Positions 56,076 through 64,000 of a DNA stretch of 64,000 bases are shown one piece after another. Origin of the DNA: Macrostomum lignano. Its lineage: Eukaryota. The position numbers and the translations under genes are program-made. Each line of letters opens with the position of its first letter. Within the stretch, counting starts at the first letter, position 1. A model generated the notes under the pieces. That model had not been told where the DNA came from and ran no database searches. It saw nothing but the letters and a program-made list of their open reading frames with translations. The DNA is taken from positions 232,745-296,744 of the forward strand of contig NIVC01002246.1 of the NCBI GenBank assembly GCA_002269645.1. The letters are read 5' to 3'.

Positions 56076-57671
56076 TTGACAGACGAACTGAATCCACGCA
56101 TTAATTGGAAGGAGTGCGCTGAAACGGAGAGCGGCACACTGATGGGCTTCTTCGATGACCCCATGCTGGATTTGATCACAGCTGCAACGAATGAGAACAT
56201 CAGCTCAACAAGTGGAGACTCAGCTGAGCTAGCAAGCAGAATGGAGATTGAGGGGCTAATCGGTGCTCTACTGTACAGCGGAGCCAACGATCTGCGCAAT
56301 GTCGCCCTGATAGACTTGTGGAGCACTGATGTGAATTCTGGCTATCATCCACTGCTGCAGTGTGCGTTCAGCCGAAATCGATTTCAACTACTTTGGCGCA
56401 ACCTGTGCTTCGAAACTGCCGAACATCGTCAGCGGACTGCCGCAACAGACAAGCTCTACGGCATCCGACGCTTGTGGGACACCTTTGTCAGTCAGCTTCG
56501 CCATCCTGTCCTTCCCGGGCCGTACCTCTGCGTCGACAAAACTCTGATTGTCTACTGGGGTATGGACTGTGACTTCACGGTCTTTCTGAGGGAGAAGCCC
56601 GGTCGCAATGGTGCCAAGCTGTTCCTGCTGACATCGGCTGGGAATCCAGAGATTCAGGATGACATGGACATCCGCTATGTGTTCAATGCGGAAATCTGCA
56701 CTGGCAAAGGAACACTGCTGTCCACTACTTTTGCATCACAGGAATCCGATGCTCGGCTAGCCAAGGGCTCAGAGGTGTGGAGTGGTGAGCAAGTTGTTTG
56801 CCGCTTGGCTGATACATTCAGAGGACACTGGTACCGCATCACATGTGACAGATTCTTCTCGAGTCCTGCTCTGGCCAATCACTTGTACCGAGAAATGGGA
56901 TTCACGTTTTTTGGAACAGTGATGCGCACCCGTGGTGGCCTGCCAGCCGATCTCAAGATTTCAGCTCAAACCATGGCTCCACACACGAGCGAATTCCGGT
57001 TTTCTGAGGAGCTCACGTGTGTGTCCTACTGCCCCAAAGCGCGCCGAAACGTGATGTTGCTGTCCACCATGCATCACTACAGACAATTGCTTCCCAATGG
57101 CAAGCCTGTAGCAATAGACTCGTACTACAATTCTACCAGGAGTGGCACGGACACCTGCAACAGGTTGTTCCGCACATCCGACTACAAGCGAAAGTCCGAC
57201 ACATGCGAGAAGGCAATCTTATCCGGCGGCACACTCAACATAGCAATTGTGAATGCCGCTGCTATCTGGAGACTGGCGCACCCGGAGCTCTGCGCCTCGC
57301 CGAACTATCGCAACGAGTTCCAGCGCAAGGCAGCTGCGCAACTTCTGCAACCTCTGATCGAGGAGCGCTCGCAATCGGCCGCTCTTCTTCAAAATCTGTC
57401 CAATCATCACAGGCTGATGTTCCAGCTCGCAGGTTGTCGAATCAACGACGAGCAAATGAAGGAACAGGCACGCGAAGCGGCGGCTGTGGTGTCAGTTGGT
57501 GGCAGAAAGTGCTGTGCAACATGTGTGAGACAAAAGTCAAAGGATGAGAAGCGTGCCTTGAGTGCGACAACAAGGAAGTGTTGCATGTGTGACGAAGGAA
57601 TTTGCCGAAGACACACTGCAATGGAAGAGACAGTGAGTCACCATTACTGCCCACGTTGTGCACCAAATTAA
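56076..57671 (+). CDS. piggyBac transposase (531-codon open frame; acidic N-terminus frameshifted upstream)
   Basis: LCVDKTL, ITCDRFFSS and SGTDTCNRL catalytic-D motifs plus a C-terminal Cys-rich domain; candidate own 5' end TTAA|CTTCC...GTCCGCTGGACCC at 55713-55748; no matching 3' TIR found. Confidence 0.85.
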   Translation: MTDELNPRINWKECAETESGTLMGFFDDPMLDLITAATNENISSTSGDSAELASRMEIEGLIGALLYSGANDLRNVALIDLWSTDVNSGYHPLLQCAFSRNRFQLLWRNLCFETAEHRQRTAATDKLYGIRRLWDTFVSQLRHPVLPGPYLCVDKTLIVYWGMDCDFTVFLREKPGRNGAKLFLLTSAGNPEIQDDMDIRYVFNAEICTGKGTLLSTTFASQESDARLAKGSEVWSGEQVVCRLADTFRGHWYRITCDRFFSSPALANHLYREMGFTFFGTVMRTRGGLPADLKISAQTMAPHTSEFRFSEELTCVSYCPKARRNVMLLSTMHHYRQLLPNGKPVAIDSYYNSTRSGTDTCNRLFRTSDYKRKSDTCEKAILSGGTLNIAIVNAAAIWRLAHPELCASPNYRNEFQRKAAAQLLQPLIEERSQSAALLQNLSNHHRLMFQLAGCRINDEQMKEQAREAAAVVSVGGRKCCATCVRQKSKDEKRALSATTRKCCMCDEGICRRHTAMEETVSHHYCPRCAPN

Positions 57672-57734
57672 ATAGTGACAATTGACTCAGCCTTTGTGTC
57701 TATGTGTCAGTGTTCAGATCCTTCTGCTTTGAAT

Positions 57735-57905
57735 TTGCTGTAATATCATTTTTGACATGCCGTAATATCATTTTTGGCATGCTGTAATATCATTTTTGAC
57801 ATGCTGTAGTATCCTTTTTGATATGCTGTAATATCATTTTTGACATGCTGTAATAGCATTTTTGACATGCTGTAATATCATTTTTGACATGCTGTAATAT
57901 AATTT
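57735..57905. repeat. 22-bp minisatellite (GACATGCTGTAATATCATTTTT); 2-3 inverse copies at 50520-50573
   Basis: About 8 tandem units. Confidence 0.93.
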
Positions 57906-60220
57906 TTGACAAATTAAATATATTTTATATTTTTCAGTCGCCAGTTAAATATGTAACTCTCCAATTTAACACGGTGCAAAAGCATTGTATAACATGCAGA
58001 CATGCCTGGTTTGGTGCCTTGACAGAAAAATCACGATGTTGGGGGTGCCAGCTAGTCGGGGCCGCCTGGTGGCACTCCGTTGAAGGTCCCGAAGGTCGCT
58101 TGTATGTCTACAGGTCAACCTAGAGGGTCGCCATCGTCCATTTCATTCACCGATTATGTCTGCTAACTGAATGCTGCATGCAGAAGAGGATTCTTCCATT
58201 TCAGTTTTGGGGACGCAGCCGTCTCTGCGATGCCGATCGGGTGCTTTTGTTGAAGGTCCAGACGGTCGCCGCCGATGCTCCAGACAGTGATGAAGGGGAC
58301 CCTGGTTCCTGGGATGCTGAGAAGAAAGGCCTTTACGACTGATATGCATAGTTTTCTGAGCCGACGTGGTTTCATGATGAGATTTTGTGAACAGAAAAAA
58401 TTTGCCAATGTTGGTAGTTTTTGCCACCGGACACCCCGAGCAGAATCGTTGAATATCTCGACGATGCCGATTTTTCGTGATTCTCGGAGTTGCTTCATCG
58501 AATAGAGCGGAAAATTTTAGCATGTGTTCTGGATTTCGATGGCAATTGGTTGAATATTTTCGGAGATTCAGACAAAAGAAAAATATGTGTATTTGAAATA
58601 CACCCCCATGGTCTTTCTACTGTTAAATCTATGGCACGGGCCCCAGCCCGTTTCACAACATGAGCATGAGATAAGTTTCGGCGCGTCAGAAAAAAACAGC
58701 TTAGCAAAACTCTCGAAGAACGATCACTGTATCACACCGCGCACTCGTGTCATTACAAACTGTGAATTCGGTGCTGGCACTAACAGGCGAATCACCATGT
58801 AGCTGGTTATCGGATCGCAAATTTGCAACAGCTGTCCCTGTGTGGTAGTCAACGGCATAGCAGCAGATTTTCAGCGTCAGATTTGTGCTCTTGGATAGAT
58901 AGATAGATGAATAGATAGATATTAATAAATGCAATTCGACTTGAAGCGACGTACAACCAGTAGGAGTTAGATTTATTCTGAAGAGATGTCGGATATATTT
59001 GACGATAAATGAATGTAACTTTATTTAATGAGTATTTTGCAGACTGAACACGTAACGGCTCCGTAGCCTATTTATGCGACTTAGAAAAATACCAATCATA
59101 GTAACTTCAAACTGAGCTTGCAATACTAGCTACCTAATATTTTATGCAAATTAAAGTAATTATTAGACTCAAACGGATCAAGCCGATGTTACTTAATATT
59201 CAAGACATTAGAATACAACTAGGCGGTATCCCCACCCTCCGGGTGTCCGATCTACCCATCTCCCATCCAGTAGAATTCCTCGCGGAGTACTGTATAGTTA
59301 CAGTAGATTGGAAGCTAAAAAGTTAACATCTTGTATTCACAGATTGAGGCTATTACTTAACAGTTCCGAACCTGTTCAATAGCTAAACTCTAATTGTCTA
59401 TACAAGATGTTAACATACCATACCGATCAATTAACTCAAAGTGGGTGTGGCGGCTCCCTCAGTCAATGGAAGACTATTCATCTATACACAGCCCTCAGAC
59501 GCATTGTGCACTGCACACAGAAAGCTACGACTGTGCCAATGGCTGTAACTCTGGCCGCTTGCTGCAGGCCAGGTGTAATGAGTAAAAAATAATATATAAG
59601 AAAGTTTTTATGAGCGCTGATCTTATGATATGGCGTTTTTATTAGTACGGGAAAGAACGATGGAGGCGAAATGCTATTTATAGGATTTTTATAGCGTTTA
59701 TTAATATATACGTTGATATGGCCGTCGTTGGATTTGTGAGTGGGGAAAGGGGCGATAGAATATAGATGAGCTATATTTATATTATGAGCTTTTTTTATAT
59801 TTTATATTATATTATATTATTATATTATTTATTTATATTATATTATTTTTATATTATTATATTATGAGCTATAGATGAGCTTCTAGTTTTTAGTGAAGTG
59901 ATGATGATGACGGGTAGGTTACTGCAAAATATTGTACTGATTACTTAAGTAATCAGTTCACTAAATGTATGTTGTATGTATTGTGTATATGTCTATATGT
60001 TGATAATGTATTTTAGTAATAGTATTTTAGTTCTCTGCTCTTTTATTTCATCTAAATTTTCAGCACCAGCACCAGCAGAAGCAGCAAAAAATTGAGCCTC
60101 TTCGAACAGACCATGCTAGGCAAATAGTTAAAGATGGATAAACTCAATGGTCAGAGACCAAACCATAGACATAGTCCATTGCCTCCTCGCTGTGGCCGGA
60201 TGCGCCGCGGATGACAGAGG

Positions 60221-60730
60221 CTAGTTTTTCTCGCCGCCGTCGGCCTGTTGGTCTTGGTCAGGTGAATCGTGGCGCCTCTTGGGTGTTTCAGAGATAGAGG
60301 CTTCTGACGACGCCCGCTTGGAAGCACGAGATGACTGCCGTCGTTCCACGTCTTCAATGGCTACATGGAGACTTGGACTTGTCAGAATCGCCAGTTGATC
60401 ACGCTCGGTTGAAACGATCGCCAATTGTTCGAGGGCCTGGTCGCGCTCAGCAGTTACTAATATGATCTGCTGATCTTTCTCCATTAAGCTGCGGCGAAGC
60501 GTTGCAATCTCAGTCTGATTCTCCATCAGAATATCAAAGAAGCTTCATTCTTTCGAGATTCTTGGGTGGAAATCTCGTTGAGGCAGCTTGCCGAGCGCTC
60601 AATCTGGTCAAGCTTGACTTTCATTTGTTGTTCAAGGCAGTGACGGTGTCTGGAAATTTTTCCAAGAGGTTCTCCGGTTTGGCAGTGGAAGAGCTGTGCT
60701 GTTTCGGTGTCGTCGGCTGCGACATTTTAA
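60221..60730 (-). pseudogene. Decayed coiled-coil ORF of unknown origin
   Basis: Heptad-like EIATLRRSLMEKDQQI...ERDQALEQL; the same frame continues upstream through two stops. Confidence 0.3.
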
Positions 60731-61029
60731 TAATGCTTTGGCGGTTGAAGTCAATGAAACAAAATATGCACAACAAAATAAAAGCTTATAAAACGCCAGG
60801 CAGCATGAATTGGTAGGTACGAGAATGGTGGTGGGTTGGCAAATGAATTGAATTGAGGAAAATAGATAGAGGTTCAGAATGCATGAGTATGATGTGCGCA
60901 ATCGTAGTCATAAAAGTAAAGGCAATCTTCTAACACGCATCCGAAATTAGCCCATAGACTAAATACTAATTAAATATTAGGCAAGGTTATAAAACACAGC
61001 TATGTGCACAATTAATTATTGAGGCTGGC

Positions 61030-61815
61030 AGCAAAACTCTAACTTGAACTGTAACCAAAACCTCAGGATAAATAAAATTCGTAGTAACAGGCTCAGTCAG
61101 CCTCACACGGACATTCGCTGCGTCTTTCGCACGGGACAGCGCAGTGTACAGCTGGCCGTGTGTGAAGCAGCCCACCGTCAGATCGAATCCAACGGTTTCT
61201 AGCGTCTGATCCTGCGCCTTGTGAATCGTGAGGCAGAAGCTCGGCTTCACCGGGAACTGCAGCCGTTTAAACGTCACAGGCAGATCCGCGTTGTTTGGCA
61301 CCAGTGGGATCCGAGGCAGAAGCACGATGTCGCCCGGAACTGACCGGCCGTTACTTTGCAGCAGAGCACGTTGTTGACCATGGCGACGACGATGAGGCGC
61401 GTCCCATTGCAGAGTCTCGGAGGGTTGAGATTGCGCAGCAGAACGACAAGAATTCCGATCTTGAACTTCAGGATGTGCTTCGGCAGGTTGGGTGCGTTGA
61501 GTCCATTGAGCACCTCTGGTGGGAAGTGGCAACTGCGTGCTCATCCGCGTCTGGAATACTGTCGATGGACTTGTACTCCTGGTAATCTGGAAACAGCTGC
61601 AGGCATTCCTCGTTGATCTTGTCTACCGTGTCATTGAAAGGCGCCAGGATGGCTCTCGATGCGAAGAAGCCATCTCGCTCCTCTGACTCCAAGAAGGAAG
61701 GTAAACGAAGCGAATCAGTTGCTCCGTGGTGCTGTCCGGCGGCAGAAGGATCTCAGGCGGCAGTGCAACGTTTCCGTTGGAGTCCACGGGGAGTGAACCC
61801 CAGCCGACCTGCGTG
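61030..61815 (-). pseudogene. Helitron PIF1-like helicase C-terminal remnant
   Basis: RAILAPFND..DKIN, LLRNLNPPRLCNGTRL, RLQFPVKPSFCLTIHKAQ and FTHGQLYTALSR; frameshifted. Confidence 0.88.
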
Positions 61816-62379
61816 TAAGCATGAAGTAGATTAGGATTTTATCAGATCAAAGACGTAAGTAACATAACAGGTTGGCATATGCAGTGACAAGCGCTTAATC
61901 CATTTTGACAGATGAGTAACAGAAACTATTTCTTTATGGAATCAGCTGTGCCAACGTGAGATATCATAAACTTTGAGACGAATAGTCAAGCGATCTATTA
62001 GGTGAGAAACTGTTCTTGAAATGCGTAAGCAAATTTTGTCACTGCCTTGCCTCTGAAATACAAACGTTTATATTCTGAAATTACTTTAGGCGAAACTAAG
62101 GTACACAAAGCTCCGTATCACATCATACCAATTATTCGAATAAGAAAAAATAAAACATTGGCGCATCTACTGCAAATTTGCCGCCAGAATTGTATCTTTT
62201 TACCTATATGCAATCATTTAGCTCCTTTAGGTATCTAAGCTTACCTTCGTTAAAAATTCTACGTAACTTAGAAGATATCATTTTTAAGGCGACACTTATT
62301 CCAAAATAGAGGAGGTAAAACGTAGAATAACGCGGATATTGGCCAACGCGCCGTACTTACGATACCAGCATTGCAGAAT

Positions 62380-62692
62380 TTTCAGCCCGGTGTATTTCAC
62401 GCTGCCTCTTGTCCTTAGGCGGGCCTTCCGGTCGGTCGTGGACTCAGTAGCCCGGTGGTCAGCCTTCCTCTGCCTGTCGTCGCGTAGACGGGCCTCCCGG
62501 ACGGCCGCTGACTCAGTGGCCCGACGGTCAGCAATCCGCTGCCTTTTGTCACGAAGGCGGGCCTCCGGACGGCCGCTGAATCTCCATCGCGATTCCTTTT
62601 CACTGCTTCGCGCAAATTACTCAGTCTCTCTCTCTCCTACATTCAGCACTTTCTTTTTGACGTCGCTTTTTCTTATCCCGACTCTTCTTCAT
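62380..62692 (-). pseudogene. Probable Helitron RepHel N-terminal charged-repeat remnant
   Basis: RATESAAVREARLRDDRQRKADHRATES...RKARL repeats typical of RepHel N-termini; same strand as and upstream of the helicase remnant. Confidence 0.55.
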
Positions 62693-62926
62693 TTCACGCA
62701 ATAGCCGTCGTACCATTTTTTCGTTAGAAAATCAGACGAAAGCTCCTAGTCGTTCAAGAATAAAGAATAAAATAAATATTTAAATATCGTTACTAAATGC
62801 TTTACCGAGCTGCTTTGAGTTTGTAGATTGAAATAATTCCCTAGCTTAAAACTAAAATAGATAAATACACATGATGCTGCTTGGCAGAATCTCAATATAC
62901 GCAGTTTGACCCACAGACTATGCTTC

Positions 62927-64000
62927 AAGAACAACAACAACAACAAGGTACTGCTCCCGCCGGCCACGCAGTAGCCAGAAAGGGGGGAGCAGTCAGAAAG
63001 CGCGTCTCTGGGCCATTGCCCTCAGGAAGTCGCATCCCCTGCTTGGTCGGGGCGCCAGCGTCACTCAGAAGTCAGTCAGGGTATCGCACCGTTCGCCCTT
63101 GGCCTCGCCTCCGCGGTCCCTGCAGCTTGAGCAGCAGCACGTCGTGTAGCGGCTCAGGACAGCGGGCCTCCGGATGACATGGCCAGCCAGTCGAAGTCGC
63201 CGCCCGCGCAGCAGGTCAGAAGGCCGCGTCAGGCACGCCCTAGTGTAGAGCGCGGCATTGGTCTCGCTGCCTGGGCCGCTGCGCACTACGAAAGCCGCAC
63301 GCAGCATTGCCGCATGCGCAGCGTCCAGCTGCCTCTCCAAGGCGTATGTCAGGGTCCAAGTCTCGGCGTTGTACAACAGGACAGTCTCGACGACTGTCTG
63401 AAACAGCCGAGCCTTGAGCCCGTCGTCCTGGGCCTCAGATTGGAGCACGGAGCGCACAGATCGAAATGCGGCCCAGGCCAGTCCTCGTCGTCTCTTCAGG
63501 TCGTCGGCAACGTCCGGCACGGAACCGCCGAGGTACACAAAGCGCTCGCAGCGGGTAAGCATAAATGCATTCCCGGCAGCGTCTCGGTAATTGATCTCGA
63601 CCGGCAAGTCGGAGGGCACCGTGAACACCACCGTCTTCCGCGCGTTCAGCTTAAGGCCGACCCGCGACGCTGCCGCCGTCAGGCCATCAAGCAGCCGCTG
63701 GGCACCTTCAGCCGTCGATGAAAGTAGCGCGAGGTCGTCCGCGTAGCCGAGAACGGAGAGCCGCTTCTCCGGGTGCCGCCGACTCGTGCGTCTTCTCAAA
63801 AGGAAGCCGTCATCCAGGTTGGGCAGCCGGTTCTCAGCACCCAGTCCAGTGCCAGCACAAACGAAAAGGCGCCAAAGTGTCACCCTGCAGCACGCCTGAC
63901 GACGTGCTGAATTGGTCTGACAGTCCATCTGGCGTCATCACCGAAGCGGTCGTGTCCTGGTACATCGCCATGATGGCGGAAATCAGTTTCTCCTTCAATG
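62927..64000 (-). mobile_element. Non-LTR retrotransposon (RTE-like) 3' end; continues beyond the window
   Basis: RT YADD motif, VETVLLYNAETWTL and RRLRLAGHVIR; ends in a (TTG)n tail at ~62930-62946. Confidence 0.88.

Larger units (their letters stand above)
49792..58622. mobile_element. TTAA-flanked composite element with ~780-bp inverted arms (unclassified, foldback-like)
   Basis: TTAA at 49788-91 and 58623-26; shared terminus CAGTAGAAAGACCA...TGGGGGTGTA..AAATACAC; inner arms 50094-50573 and ~57850-58332 nearly identical. Confidence 0.7.

Noticed and set aside
59394-59592. Short Cys-rich ORFs suggesting a transposase zinc motif
   Set aside because: Too short, with no supporting upstream domain or termini.

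Overview
Eukaryotic (animal) genomic DNA. No CRISPR arrays or prokaryotic systems were seen. The abundant 17-41 bp minisatellites and the transposon content suggest a repeat-rich invertebrate such as the flatworm Macrostomum (inference only). Host genes occupy the first ~11.3 kb, all on the minus strand: the 5' end of an unidentified Q/A-rich gene (1-985), a complete four-coding-exon PRMT1-like arginine methyltransferase (3039-11274) whose two large introns are about 60% minisatellite, and an intronic initiator tRNA-Met. The rest is a nested transposon field whose junctions can be resolved from TSDs and TIRs. (i) A P-element-like element (8-bp TSD) contains a mariner, which contains a Tc1/IS630-like element. 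(ii) A Harbinger transposase is split by a piggyBac and by a 12-kb Gypsy element, which itself carries a deleted Gypsy, a Crypton recombinase fragment, an unclassified 1-kb insert and a second Harbinger. (iii) A Harbinger-type Myb/SANT ORF contains ~96 in-frame TPT(K/R) repeats. (iv) An 8.8-kb TTAA-flanked unit has ~780-bp inverted arms and carries a Gypsy and a piggyBac transposase. MULE, Helitron, hAT-MITE, SINE and LINE remnants are also present. The least explained features are the long-armed TTAA element, the TPTK-repeat protein and a CCATAGAC octamer shared by unrelated transposons. All alignments were done by eye.
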